Source of the DNA: an uncultured delta proteobacterium
Lineage (GTDB): Bacteria; Myxococcota_A; Polyangia; Polyangiales; Houyiibacteriaceae
Assembly (NCBI GenBank): GCA_963699755.1
Contig: CAVOVB010000006.1
Span: 1-64,000, forward strand
Length of the DNA: 64,000 nt
Direction: 5' to 3'
Shown here piece after piece: positions 37,332-47,613 of the stretch. The notes beneath the pieces were generated by a model. That model was not told where the DNA came from. It saw only the letters and a list, made by a program, of their open reading frames with translations, and did not search any database. The first letter of the stretch is position 1; each line of letters begins with the position of its first letter. Made by a program: the position numbers and the translations under genes.

Positions 37332-40084
37332 TGCTGCTCGCCCTCCCTCCCCTGGTCGCTGCCGAGCCCCGACTGTTCGTCAGCCGGAATGCTCGTAGGC
37401 TCGACCTCGTCTTCGATCAGCACTGGCTCCGGGGCCGGCTCGCCGGGCTCGATCACCTCATCGGGGCCGTCGGCGCCAGCGGGTTCCTCGGCCTGGTCGG
37501 GGGTTTCGGGCTCCTCGGGGATCGAGGGCTCGGCTCCATGTGGGACCTCGGTCGGCGGAGGCGGCGCCCCACCACCTTCTTGGAGGTCAGCCGCCGTGGG
37601 TGGAATCGACTCTGCGGAATCCGCTTCGGTCTCTTCCGTCACTTCGATCCCGTTTGGTCCAATCACATAGGTGTCTTCGACTTCAACGCCTGGTTCCCGG
37701 TACGCACCAATCGGTGAGCGGGGCACGTGGTCTGGTGGCGGTGCGAGCTCTGCGGCCCTGGCGAGCCGGATTTCTTCTTCCACACTCTCGATCTCGTTGA
37801 CGATCTCGGCGACGAGACCGCGCGTGCGGCTGTAGTCGACGTGAGGCTCGAACTTGTCTTCGCCGAAGACGAAGTAGCGGTCGATCATCTGTTGCCGCTC
37901 TTGCATCTTGCGCTCGAAGATGTCCCGAAGGTCGCCCGGGTCACGGATGATGTACGGGGTGAGAATCAGTAGAAGGTTCGTCTTGCGCTTAGTCTTGCTG
38001 GTCCTGCGAAAGAGGGCGCCCAAGATCGGGACGTCCCCGAGGACCGGTACTTTGTCTTCCTTGTTCTGAATTGCGTCGCGCATCAGACCACCGATGACGA
38101 TCGTTTGCTGGTCCCGCACCATGATTTCCGTCCGCGCGGTACGACGGTTGATCGAGACGACGCCGAGAGTACCCGAGGTCGCTCCCTGTTCAGAGATCTC
38201 CTCTTCGATTTCGAGTCGAATTTCGTTGTCTTCGTTTATGTGCGGCACGACGCGAATCGTGGTGCCTACGTCCTGACGTGCGACGCTTCCAAGCCCGCCG
38301 GCCAGCCCGGACAGGTTGCCCAGATCCTGTCCGCCTGCGGATGCTTGGGCCAACGCGCCCAGGCTGCCGGCGCCGGCGAAGGTACCCGGCGCGACGCCAT
38401 TGGTTTGCAGCGGGATGTTCTCTCCGACGCTGATCTCGGCTTCCGTATTGTCCATCGCGATGATGTGCGGTGTCGAGAGCACGTCGGCATCACCAGAGGT
38501 CGCGAGGGCCGTCACGGTGACGCCGAAGCCCGGAACCGAGAAGCCGACTAGCTGCTGCGAGTTTTCGATCGTCGGACCGCGAACGCCGAGCGCCAATCCA
38601 GTCAGGTTGTTCTGGGTGATGTCGATCGACGATGGAGCATTGAAGCCGAAGAGAGAGAGCGAGCCATCGGTGGGGAAGTCACCAGCGCCGCCATGGAACG
38701 CGAATCCGAGCTCTGACGAGCGTTCGACCCCGAGCTCCATCACGACCGCGTCGATGAAGACCTGCTTTCGAGGCGCGTCGAGGCGATCGATGACCCGTTT
38801 GAGCGCCGTGTAGTCGTGAAGCGAAGAGGTGATGAGCAGCGCGTTGGAAGGCTCATACGCCGTGACGGCAATCTGTCCCTCGAAGAGCGACGCCGTGGCG
38901 TTCGGGGCCGCGGCGGGACGCTGCACCGTAGCTCTGCCGGCCACTCGAGGTCCCGAGCTGGCGCCGACGAGCGCTGTGAGCGCGGCTGAAATGTCCGTAG
39001 CTGCGCCGTGCTGCACGTAGTGCACGTGGATGCGACCTTCACCTTCGAGGGCAACGTCGAGCTGACGGATCATTTCCAGGATGCGTAGATAGGCACGCTC
39101 CGTTGCGATGATGATGAGGGAGTTGGTGCGCTCGTCCGCGATGATGTTTCGAATCGTCGACTCCGCCGAAGCGCTCCCGAGGACCTCCGAAGTGTTGCCC
39201 TTTGCCCTGGGCGCCGGTTTCGCTGCCGCTGTCGGCGCGGCTCCCGACGTATCGACCGCGAAGATTTCCAGCAATCTCTCGGCGAGATCGCCCGCGTTCG
39301 CGAAGTGAACCGGTTCGATCCAGGTTTGGGTGCCACTCCGGGGTAGGTCGATCGCGGCGACCAAAGCAAGCATGCGGCGAATCTGCGCCCCCGTATCGGT
39401 GAGGATCAGCATGTTGGTCGGAGCGTATGAGGTGATGTTTGCGGTCTTGGACGAGAAGCGCCCGAGCAGGGTGGTGACGTCTTCAGCCGATACGTGATCC
39501 AGGTGGTGGATCCGCGTGATGAATCGATCGCTAGCAGGGACGGCGCTTCCGCTCTCGAATAGCGGGACCGTTTGTCGTTCGATGCCGGTCGTCTCGACAA
39601 TCTTCAGATATCGACCGGCTGGCACCACCGTGAAGCCGTTCACCTCCAGAACGGACAAGAACGCTTGGTACGCCTCTGACACCGTGACCTTGGTGGGCGC
39701 GAAGACCGTCGCTTTGATCGTGCGGAGCTTCGTAGGCAGGATGAAGCGACGCCCCGTCATGTTGGAGATCAGGCGAACCAAGTCGGGGAGCTCCGCGTCC
39801 TCGAGGTTGAACGTCACCCGGGTGCGCGGCGACATCGCTTTGAACTCGACGCCGGTCTCGAACTGCGGCAGCTCGTTCTCGAGCTCAGGCTCGGCTTCGA
39901 CCTCGGCTTCGACCTCGGCTTTGGCTTCAGCTCTGGGCGCCGGCCTTAGAGGCACCGGGGCAGACGGAATCCGCGTGGGCGGAGCTTTGGGCTTGGCCTC
40001 GTCCTCTTGCGCTACCGCGCCGGGTCCGGTGCTCAGCAGTAGGGAGCCAACGAGCAAGCAAACCAGCTGTTTTCTAGAAGTCAC
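37328..40084 (-). CDS. gspD: Type II secretion secretin D
   Basis: N0-N3 domains (DERTNSLII); QVFIDAVVME; IVIGGL; KVPVLGDVPILGALFR. Confidence 0.95.
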   Translation of the reverse strand: MTSRKQLVCLLVGSLLLSTGPGAVAQEDEAKPKAPPTRIPSAPVPLRPAPRAEAKAEVEAEVEAEPELENELPQFETGVEFKAMSPRTRVTFNLEDAELPDLVRLISNMTGRRFILPTKLRTIKATVFAPTKVTVSEAYQAFLSVLEVNGFTVVPAGRYLKIVETTGIERQTVPLFESGSAVPASDRFITRIHHLDHVSAEDVTTLLGRFSSKTANITSYAPTNMLILTDTGAQIRRMLALVAAIDLPRSGTQTWIEPVHFANAGDLAERLLEIFAVDTSGAAPTAAAKPAPRAKGNTSEVLGSASAESTIRNIIADERTNSLIIIATERAYLRILEMIRQLDVALEGEGRIHVHYVQHGAATDISAALTALVGASSGPRVAGRATVQRPAAAPNATASLFEGQIAVTAYEPSNALLITSSLHDYTALKRVIDRLDAPRKQVFIDAVVMELGVERSSELGFAFHGGAGDFPTDGSLSLFGFNAPSSIDITQNNLTGLALGVRGPTIENSQQLVGFSVPGFGVTVTALATSGDADVLSTPHIIAMDNTEAEISVGENIPLQTNGVAPGTFAGAGSLGALAQASAGGQDLGNLSGLAGGLGSVARQDVGTTIRVVPHINEDNEIRLEIEEEISEQGATSGTLGVVSINRRTARTEIMVRDQQTIVIGGLMRDAIQNKEDKVPVLGDVPILGALFRRTSKTKRKTNLLLILTPYIIRDPGDLRDIFERKMQERQQMIDRYFVFGEDKFEPHVDYSRTRGLVAEIVNEIESVEEEIRLARAAELAPPPDHVPRSPIGAYREPGVEVEDTYVIGPNGIEVTEETEADSAESIPPTAADLQEGGGAPPPPTEVPHGAEPSIPEEPETPDQAEEPAGADGPDEVIEPGEPAPEPVLIEDEVEPTSIPADEQSGLGSDQGREGEQQ

Positions 40085-40119
40085 GATTCATTCCCCGCCT
40101 GAAATCCCAAGTTGGCGTC

Positions 40120-41100
40120 TCATTCGATGTTGTAGTCAATGGTCATCTCTTTGTTCTGCCGCTTGATCGCGAGCGTGAGCTTGTCGGCGCTTCGCAAACG
40201 CGAATATGCTTCGAGTGCGGTGTCCGGGCTCGTCATGCTGAACCCATTGATCGTTCGCAGCATGTCGCCGTTTCGAACTCCGAGTCGGCCAAGCAGGCTA
40301 TTACGGCGAATCCCGTAGAGCTTGACCCCGGTCACACGACCGTCCTCTTCATGCGGAATCACACGCGCCGATTTCATCAGACTTCCCTGATTCGCCAATA
40401 CCTTGTCGACCAAGCCGCGTTGGATATTGAACTTGGTGTCGCTGATTCGCTCGATGCCGTCCGTGAGCTCCTCGTCGCTCAAGCCGGCGTTGCGCTCGTC
40501 GACTCGCTTGGCGGCTACGGGCCTGCTGACCGCAGGCGCGCGAGCTGGGGCTCCCTCTTCTTCCTCGAACATCAAAAGTTGGCAAGCTCCGCTTGAGGAG
40601 CTCATCACGACGCTCGAGGAGTAAACCGCCAGTACCCGAGAACCGTCTACTTGCGACCCCTCTCGATAGAGCATGGTCTTGCCGTCCTCTGAACCCGCGA
40701 TTGCTGCAAACGACCAGTCTGGCGAGCTCGGGCTCACCACCGAGCCGACGAGCCGCAAGTTGCCCGTGCACTTGGGTGGCGGCTGGTTGGGATCCCAGTC
40801 GTCGATCGGTTGCCCATCTGGCCCGAGGGGAACCTCTGGCAACGGCTCGGCCGTGAGGTCGCCTCGGGCCGAATCGAAGATGTTTCTCCGAAGGATGATG
40901 ACGGAATCGCGCTTTCGAAGAAAGCGGGGTGATGTTGCCGTGAAACCTGTGCGCGGGGTCGAAGGAGCGACCGTCTCTTGCGTCAGCAATTCTGCGGCCA
41001 GGACCCGGGTCGTCCCTTGCGCCAGGAAGAAAGCGCAGAGAGCCAAGGTTACGAGGATAATCGCAACCGAGAACCGTCTTTGCCGTGGAGTTGTCACCAT
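40120..41100 (-). CDS. gspC: Type II secretion protein C with PDZ domain
   Basis: TM, RRNIF, LRLVGSV HR domain, LGVRNGD...ING PDZ. Confidence 0.9.
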   Translation of the reverse strand: MVTTPRQRRFSVAIILVTLALCAFFLAQGTTRVLAAELLTQETVAPSTPRTGFTATSPRFLRKRDSVIILRRNIFDSARGDLTAEPLPEVPLGPDGQPIDDWDPNQPPPKCTGNLRLVGSVVSPSSPDWSFAAIAGSEDGKTMLYREGSQVDGSRVLAVYSSSVVMSSSSGACQLLMFEEEEGAPARAPAVSRPVAAKRVDERNAGLSDEELTDGIERISDTKFNIQRGLVDKVLANQGSLMKSARVIPHEEDGRVTGVKLYGIRRNSLLGRLGVRNGDMLRTINGFSMTSPDTALEAYSRLRSADKLTLAIKRQNKEMTIDYNIE

Positions 41101-41110
41101 GGGTTACTAG

Positions 41111-41126
41111 AGCAACCACCGTGCCG
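41111..41126 (-). promoter_or_regulatory. Sigma-54 promoter of the gsp operon
   Basis: Minus strand CGGCACG-GTGG-TTGCT (GG-N10-GC), directly upstream of gspC. Confidence 0.72.
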
Positions 41127-41252
41127 AATCGAAACAGGCAAAACCCGAATAATTTCGAGTCTGAGGAGCTGTTTTAGACGCGTCCTCGTGGACAACGTGG
41201 CGTGCCCAATCCGTTGCAATTGACAAAATGACAGCCACAGGGGCGCGGCCGT

Positions 41253-42611
41253 TCAGGCGGCCTCGTCGCCCCTCTCGGCGCCCAGCTTGCGATAAATCGT
41301 GCGCGCTGAAATCCCGAGGAGTTGGGCGGCGAGCTGTTTGTCTCCCGATGTGTGTTTCAGCGTGCCGTGGATCACGCGGCGCTCGACCTCGCTGAGCGGG
41401 GTCCCGACCAGGAAAGTGAAGGTATCGAACTGGGGCTCGGCGCGCGCGACCGGGTCGGGAAGATCGGCGAGCTTGATGACCCCGCTCTTGTTCAAAACCA
41501 CTGCGCGCTCGATGACATTTTGAAGCTCTCGAACGTTCCCCGGCCAATCGTATGCGACGAGCTGCGCGAGCGCATCGCGGTCGACCGCCAACGGCTCTTT
41601 GTCGTTCTTCGCGCAGTAGGTTGCGACGAAGTGCTCGGTAAGCAGTGGAATGTCGTCGCGTCGCGCGCGCAGTGGCGGACTGGTTAGCGCGATGACGTTG
41701 AGCCGGTAGTACAAGTCTTCGCGGAATTCCCCGGCTTCGACCGCTGCATGAAGGTCGCGATTCGTCGCTGCGATCAGACGGAAGTTCGCCTTTTTGGTCT
41801 GACCGCCGACGGGTTGATACTCGCCTTCCTGGAGCACGCGGAGCAGTTTCACTTGCACCGCCGCCGACAGCTCACCGATCTCATCGAGGAATAGCGTGCC
41901 GCCTTCAGCCTCCGCGATGCGGCCTCCGCGTCGCGCTATCGCGCCCGTGAAGGCCCCTTTTTCGTGGCCAAAAAGCTCCGACTCCACGATCGTTTCGGGG
42001 AGCGCGGAGAGGTTTACGCCTACGAACTGTTTCCTGCCGCTCCGCTCGTGAATATGCCGCGCGAGAAGCTCCTTTCCGGTCCCGCTCTCTCCGAGGATCA
42101 GCACATTGGCGGATGAAGGCGCGGCTTGCGTAGCGATCTCGAGCGCGCTTCGAAGTGACGCAGCGGAGCCGACGATGCTTCGATCGCTGAGTTGCGAAAG
42201 TTGTTGCCGAAGGTCTTTGTTCTCGACGACCAGCTGGTGCCGCTCGGCCGCCTTGCGAACCGTCTTGACCATCTGCAACCGCTTTAAGGGCTTCTCAACG
42301 AAATCGTATGCGCCCGCGCGCATGGCTTCGACTGCCTTTTCGACCGTTCCGAAAGCGGTCATCAAGACGACCTCCGCGTCCGGGACGATCGTCTTCAAAG
42401 CCTTGACCAACTCGATGCCGTTCATCCCTGGCATCATCAGGTCGCTGACCACAACGTGCACCTGCTGTTGACGGCACAGCTCGAGCGCCTTCTTCCCGCT
42501 CGTCGCCGTGAGCACGCTGAAGCCCTCCCGTTCGAAGATGCGCCGGAGGGAGTCGATGTTGGGTGCTTCGTCATCGACGACGAGAACTGAGATTTCGGTC
42601 GAATCGGTCAT
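41253..42611 (-). CDS. NtrC-family sigma-54-dependent response regulator
   Basis: REC (VDDE, DLMMP); GESGTGKE; GAFTGA; FLDEI; WPGNVREL; Fis-type HTH. Confidence 0.95.
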   Translation of the reverse strand: MTDSTEISVLVVDDEAPNIDSLRRIFEREGFSVLTATSGKKALELCRQQQVHVVVSDLMMPGMNGIELVKALKTIVPDAEVVLMTAFGTVEKAVEAMRAGAYDFVEKPLKRLQMVKTVRKAAERHQLVVENKDLRQQLSQLSDRSIVGSAASLRSALEIATQAAPSSANVLILGESGTGKELLARHIHERSGRKQFVGVNLSALPETIVESELFGHEKGAFTGAIARRGGRIAEAEGGTLFLDEIGELSAAVQVKLLRVLQEGEYQPVGGQTKKANFRLIAATNRDLHAAVEAGEFREDLYYRLNVIALTSPPLRARRDDIPLLTEHFVATYCAKNDKEPLAVDRDALAQLVAYDWPGNVRELQNVIERAVVLNKSGVIKLADLPDPVARAEPQFDTFTFLVGTPLSEVERRVIHGTLKHTSGDKQLAAQLLGISARTIYRKLGAERGDEAA

Positions 42612-42773
42612 TTGAGACTCTCTGGCAGCCAGTATTGACATTGTGGCAGACGATGACAAGTCGTCCAGAACATGTGACACCATATAACCATTTGTAATCA
42701 CTTTGGTTTTCTCCCTAGAAGCCGGGGACGAAGCCCGTTCAGACCTGGAGAGCCCTGCAATCAGTGGGCCAGC

Positions 42774-43799
42774 TCAGAAAAGGAGCGGCAGCTGCGGGCC
42801 CTTGCTCAGCTCCCCTCGTGGCGCAGGCCCAGCCGCCTCTCCGACGAGATCCGCGAGCCCTAGTCGCGCGCAGTGCAGGGAAAACAAGCGCTCGATCATC
42901 GCCCAACGCGGACCGTCGCCGACCATGCGCGAGCCGAAGCGCGAGTCGTTCTTGCGACCCCCGCGCACGTCCCGAAGGGCGCTCATGACCTTTACCCGCC
43001 GAAGTGGAAAGGCTTCCGATAGCCGTGCCTCGAAGATCGGACCGACCTCGAGCGGGAGCCTCAGTAGAATCTTGAACGCGCTGGATGCACCCGCGTCTCG
43101 CGCACGCGTTAGGATCTCTGGAATCTGATCGTCGTTCAGACCGGGAATGATGGGCGCGACCGCCACGGCTGTCTCAATCCCCGCATTCGCAAGTACGTGC
43201 AGTGTTTCGAAACGTTTGCTTGGCGGGCTCGCGAATGGCTCGATCGCCCGCGCTTGCTCGTCGTTTGCAAAAGGAATGCTAAGTGCGACGCGACAAGCCG
43301 ACTTGCGCTGGAGGTCTTGGAGCAAGTCGATATCGCGCCGCACGAGCTTGCCCTTCGTGATGATCATCACCGGCGTTTCATGCTCTGCACATACTTCGAG
43401 GCATCCACGGGTTAGCTGGTAGTGCGCTTCGATTGGCTGGTAGCAGTCCGTGTTTCCAGAAAAGGCGATCAGCTCGCGCCGCCAGGAGCTCTTTCGAAGC
43501 GCTGCGCGCAGTCGTTCGACGATGTCGACCTTCACGACGATCTGGCGCTCAAAGTCGGTGCCTGCACCAAAGCCGAGATAGGGATGCGTCGGGCGAGCAT
43601 AGCAATACGCGCAGCCGTGAAAGCAGCCGCGGTAAGGGTTCACGCTCCAACGAAAGCCAACATCGGGGCTGCTATTCTGGGAGAGCGCACTCTTGGTCCT
43701 TTCTTCATGAACGCAGAGATCCGCCGGCGGAGCATCGCCTTCCCAGTCGACATGGGCTTGTTGAAAACGGTTGGGAGGATTGAAGCGGGGGTAAGGCAC
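42774..43799 (-). CDS. Radical SAM protein, PA0069/Rv2578c (SPL-like) family
   Basis: SVNPYRGCFHGCAYCYAR; TDCYQPIE; TKG; APIIPGLND. Confidence 0.9.
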   Translation of the reverse strand: MPYPRFNPPNRFQQAHVDWEGDAPPADLCVHEERTKSALSQNSSPDVGFRWSVNPYRGCFHGCAYCYARPTHPYLGFGAGTDFERQIVVKVDIVERLRAALRKSSWRRELIAFSGNTDCYQPIEAHYQLTRGCLEVCAEHETPVMIITKGKLVRRDIDLLQDLQRKSACRVALSIPFANDEQARAIEPFASPPSKRFETLHVLANAGIETAVAVAPIIPGLNDDQIPEILTRARDAGASSAFKILLRLPLEVGPIFEARLSEAFPLRRVKVMSALRDVRGGRKNDSRFGSRMVGDGPRWAMIERLFSLHCARLGLADLVGEAAGPAPRGELSKGPQLPLLF

Positions 43800-43960
43800 T
43801 GAACGGGCGTATAGTATCTTGCTATGCAAGCCCAGACAAGCGGAGAGCGCCTTGCGACAGGCGTGCCCGGTCGTGGGGCCTGCTCGCCACCTTGGCGCGC
43901 CCCGAGATGCAGGTCGCCGATCGCGAGGTGATGCAACGGCGAGCGCAAGGGGCCAGTCGG

Positions 43961-44713
43961 CTACAAGCCGCTGGACTTGAGGCTCTGGTTTTGTTCCTCG
44001 GTCAGCGGGAGGTGGAGCCCGCACTCCCTGGTTTTGCCCAGGATGCGACCGTCGCGGGGGTCCATCTCCGCGGTCGTCGGAATCGTGGAATGGTGGTCGC
44101 CGATGGAGCGGTACCCTTGTTCGAACATCGGATGGTAGGGAAGGTCATGGCGCTCCATGTAGGTCGCCATCTCTTCGCCAGTCCAGTGCAAGACGGGGTG
44201 GAGCTTGATCTTGCCGTCTTGCCGGTCGATTCGCCGAAGCCCTGCGCGATGTTCCGTTTGTTCTGAACGCAAACCCGCCATCCAAGCCTCCGCACCAAGC
44301 TCACGAATTGCCCTCTGCATCGGTTCGACTTTGTTGATTTGCAGGTAGCGTTTCACTCCGTCCTCTCCCTGTTCCCAGAGCTTCCCGAACAATGCCTCCT
44401 GGCGAGCAGGAGACATCCGCGCGGAGTAGAAGCGCACGTCGAGCTCGAAGCGTTTGATCAGCGCATCTGCGAATTGATAGGTTTCTGGAAAGAGGTAACC
44501 GGTGTCGACGCAGATGATCGGAGTACGCGGCGCCACCCGATGCACGAGATGGAGCATGACTGAGGAGGTCGCACCGAAGCTGGTCGACGCGATCAGCTTC
44601 TCGCCAAAGCGTTTCGAAGCCCAGTCGATGAGCTCTTCAGCACTCGAGGCTCCGACTGCCCGATTTTCTTCATCGAGGTCGGAATCAACTGGGGCGATGT
44701 AGGCAGCTTCCAT
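43961..44713 (-). CDS. cysH: Phosphoadenosine phosphosulfate reductase
   Basis: TSFG, DTGYLFPETY, KVEP, GLRSEQ, YRSIGD, ECGLH; lacks the CC/CxxC Fe-S ligands of APS reductases. Confidence 0.92.
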   Translation of the reverse strand: MEAAYIAPVDSDLDEENRAVGASSAEELIDWASKRFGEKLIASTSFGATSSVMLHLVHRVAPRTPIICVDTGYLFPETYQFADALIKRFELDVRFYSARMSPARQEALFGKLWEQGEDGVKRYLQINKVEPMQRAIRELGAEAWMAGLRSEQTEHRAGLRRIDRQDGKIKLHPVLHWTGEEMATYMERHDLPYHPMFEQGYRSIGDHHSTIPTTAEMDPRDGRILGKTRECGLHLPLTEEQNQSLKSSGL

Positions 44714-44857
44714 CGTGGCTCGGAGTAACTTGACAAGTTTGCTGCGCTTTTGCAATGCGTCCAGCCCAAGCAGGGTAGACTAGCCCCCAAAGCCCGAAGA
44801 AAACAGCATTTTCGGCAGACCTCCACACGATAAATTGCCGACTAATACAGTAAACAA

Positions 44858-46189
44858 CTATCTCAGTGTGACGAATTCCTCGGCTGCACTCGGGTGAATC
44901 CCAATCGTCGCGTCGAACTGGGCCTTTGTCGCACCCGCCTTCATGGCCACTGCCAGCCCCTGGATGATCTCCGCAGCGCCGTGGCCTGCCATGTGACAGC
45001 CCACTACCCGATCATCGGAGGCGTCCACGACGAGCTTCATGATGGTGTGTTCTTTTCGTTCGCTCAGCGCGAGCTTCAAGGGGGTGAAGACCGACTTGTA
45101 GACGCGCACATCCTGGCAGCGGTGCCAGGCCTCGGCTTCGGTGAGGCCCACGGTTGCGAGCTCCGGTTGACAGAAAACCGCCGTCGGAATGTTGGCGTAG
45201 TCAATCCGGTGATCCCCACGACCGAAGAAATGGTGTGCGAAGTGCATGCCTTCAGCCACTGCGACAGGAGTGAGTTGGATGTGATCGATTACGTCGCCGA
45301 CGGCGTGAATCGAACGCACAGAGCTGCTGTAGTTGTCGTCGACTACGATTCCCCCGCGCTGACCGAGCTCCACGCCGAGCTCCTCGAGTCCGAGGCCTTC
45401 GATGTTCGGCTCGCGTCCGATTGCAAACAGTGGAAAGTCCGTCTCTAGGACTTCGCCACTATCGAGCTCTGCCGCGAATGCAGAGGCCGTCTTCCGCAGC
45501 TCTTTCACCTGCGTCTCAAGCATAATCCGCATCCCCTTACACTCGAGCTCGTCGTGAAGGTGGCACCGAAGATCATGATCGAATCCTCGTAGGATCTCCT
45601 CGCCGCGATGGACCAGGGTCACTTCGACCCCCAGCGCACAGAGCATCGAGCCCAGCTCGAGGGCGATGTAGCCCGCTCCCACGATCATCATTCGCTTCGG
45701 CAGCGTCTCGAGTGAGAACACGGCGTTGGACGTGCGCGCGTATTCTCGCCCAGGTATCTTCGGCACGATAGCCCTACCGCCCGAAGCAATAAGAATCCTC
45801 TTGGCGGAGTATCTCGCATGGCCGATCTCGACAGTATGGGCATCCAGTAGTCGAGCACGTCCCCGGATGATTTCGACTCCAACGCGCTCGAGAAGGTCTC
45901 GATAAATCCCGTTCAGGCGGGCGATCTCGCGGTCCTTGTTCCTTTTGAGCGTTGCCCAATCGAATTTCCGCTGTGTTGACCATCCATAGCCCCTGGCGTC
46001 GTCGAGGTCGTAAGCGAAATGAGAGCCGTACACGAAAAGCTTCTTGGGGATGCAGCCAACGTTGACGCAGGTGCCACCGATGCGATCCGTCTCTGCGACA
46101 GCGACTCTGGCGCCGAGCTCGCTCGCCACCCGAGCCGCCCTCACGCCACCCGAGCCCGCTCCGACGACGAAGAGGTCATATTCAGTCAT
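44858..46189 (-). CDS. gor: Glutathione-disulfide reductase
   Basis: GAGSGG; GGTCVNVGCIPKK; GAGYIALE; IHPSAAEEFVT. Confidence 0.92.
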   Translation of the reverse strand: MTEYDLFVVGAGSGGVRAARVASELGARVAVAETDRIGGTCVNVGCIPKKLFVYGSHFAYDLDDARGYGWSTQRKFDWATLKRNKDREIARLNGIYRDLLERVGVEIIRGRARLLDAHTVEIGHARYSAKRILIASGGRAIVPKIPGREYARTSNAVFSLETLPKRMMIVGAGYIALELGSMLCALGVEVTLVHRGEEILRGFDHDLRCHLHDELECKGMRIMLETQVKELRKTASAFAAELDSGEVLETDFPLFAIGREPNIEGLGLEELGVELGQRGGIVVDDNYSSSVRSIHAVGDVIDHIQLTPVAVAEGMHFAHHFFGRGDHRIDYANIPTAVFCQPELATVGLTEAEAWHRCQDVRVYKSVFTPLKLALSERKEHTIMKLVVDASDDRVVGCHMAGHGAAEIIQGLAVAMKAGATKAQFDATIGIHPSAAEEFVTLR

Positions 46190-46211
46190 GGACACTCACG
46201 TACGGCGGACG

Positions 46212-46877
46212 CTACCAGCTTGCAAATTCGCGAAGGGCTGCTGCCGCCGAAAGCTCCGTGCAGCCGCCTTGGAGAAGGCTCATTGCACCCTCCTCGGAGA
46301 CGCCCACGTAGATCTCGCGTGAGTCGGCGGCGACGAGGAGGATGAGCCTCTCGTCGACCCCGGCCTTGGCCAGAAGAACATTGAGGGCACGAACCAAAGC
46401 CCGTACCGCAACCGTGCCCTCTTCGGCGCCCTCGTCGTCTTCGTCCGTCACCGCGCTAAAGTGCTCTCCGGCGCGCAGGACCAACGGTCCGTCGTCCGCT
46501 CCAATTCGCTGAAGCTCCACGGGTGCGACTTCGGGATTGAGGCTAGCCAAGGAAGCCACCATCTGATGTGCGTTCACCGAAAAGCACTCGTTGTGCATGA
46601 AAAATCGGTCGCCCGCTCGGCGGCGCAACGCCGTGCTGGTATCGTCGTTTCCTCGATAGTAGAGTTCGAGGATGTCCATTCTGCGGGAGTCGATTGTCGA
46701 ATCCTCGAGGCTCGAGGCGATCGCCGAGAGCTGCTCTGCGTCGAGCTCGTAGGCGAGGCCCACGGAGTTGAGAAGGCGCACGAAATCCTCGTCACGCTTG
46801 GAGCAGCGCGTGCCCTGTGCCTGAGGATGCGGACCCCCGCTCGGCGGATGGACCGACTCTTTCAGCGACGCTGTCAT
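46212..46877 (-). CDS. Hypothetical protein
   Basis: GAAGGGGG RBS; 221-aa ORF co-oriented with gor. Confidence 0.65.
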   Translation of the reverse strand: MTASLKESVHPPSGGPHPQAQGTRCSKRDEDFVRLLNSVGLAYELDAEQLSAIASSLEDSTIDSRRMDILELYYRGNDDTSTALRRRAGDRFFMHNECFSVNAHQMVASLASLNPEVAPVELQRIGADDGPLVLRAGEHFSAVTDEDDEGAEEGTVAVRALVRALNVLLAKAGVDERLILLVAADSREIYVGVSEEGAMSLLQGGCTELSAAAALREFASW

Positions 46878-47072
46878 GACCCCCTTCGCAATTCAGTGTT
46901 CAACAAATGACGAAAAAGGTCGAACCTGCGGCAGAATCGGCCCCCCAGATGGGCGAAAGCTCTGTATTTTCCTCGATTCTCGTCCCCAAAACCGGACAGC
47001 TGGTCGCCGGATCGGGCGGGAATTCATCGTCGCCAAAGAGCTCGGCACCCGGCGCACCGAGCGGGGAGGTGA

Positions 47073-47549
47073 CTATCGGATTGTCCGGTGTCCATGGATG
47101 CCCACGATTCTCGTCGTGTCGACACGCAGCGAAAGCAGGAGCGTGAAGAGTCGGCGTGAAGTCTCCAAATCGAAACCGAAGTCTCGGAGCTCCCGCTTCA
47201 GGACTCGACCAGCGCGGTCGTGCGTCACCTTTTTCGCCATGTCCAGCGCCTCCATTTGATTGAGCCCGTCCGCTTCGGCGATTTGACGGACAATATCGAT
47301 GTATTCGCGGATGTGCTCGGACAAGAGCTCGTGCGGAATCGTGACCGTCCCGAGGACCTGACCGTCTTCGGTCTGGAAATCCAACACGAATCGCTGCTCC
47401 GTGACGCTCAGGTGAAGGCTCGCGAGCTCTTCGATTTGGCTCTTGGGCCTCGAAAGAAGCTCCCGAATGATAGCCTCCCACTCGACGCGCTGGGCTTCGG
47501 AGCCGCGCTGCAGGGTGCGCTCATCAATGAGCACCGCATGGAGGGACAT
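47073..47549 (-). CDS. UPF0262-family protein
   Basis: EALDMAKKVTHD.AG..L...DLETSRRLFTLL. Confidence 0.75.
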   Translation of the reverse strand: MSLHAVLIDERTLQRGSEAQRVEWEAIIRELLSRPKSQIEELASLHLSVTEQRFVLDFQTEDGQVLGTVTIPHELLSEHIREYIDIVRQIAEADGLNQMEALDMAKKVTHDRAGRVLKRELRDFGFDLETSRRLFTLLLSLRVDTTRIVGIHGHRTIR

Positions 47550-47613
47550 GCGCCGACCATATCAGTTTCGACTGCCTCTGCATCTCCCATCGCTTGGCTG
47601 CTATGGTCCACTG

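Noticed and set aside
27134..41100. Type IV pilus or competence locus
   Set aside because: gspC-PDZ, gspK, gspN and the C-to-N gene order indicate T2SS; no PilT retraction ATPase.
46880..47070. Riboswitch from the GGGC-GAAA-GCTC tetraloop
   Set aside because: Only a short hairpin; the rest of the c-di-GMP or other aptamer consensus is absent.
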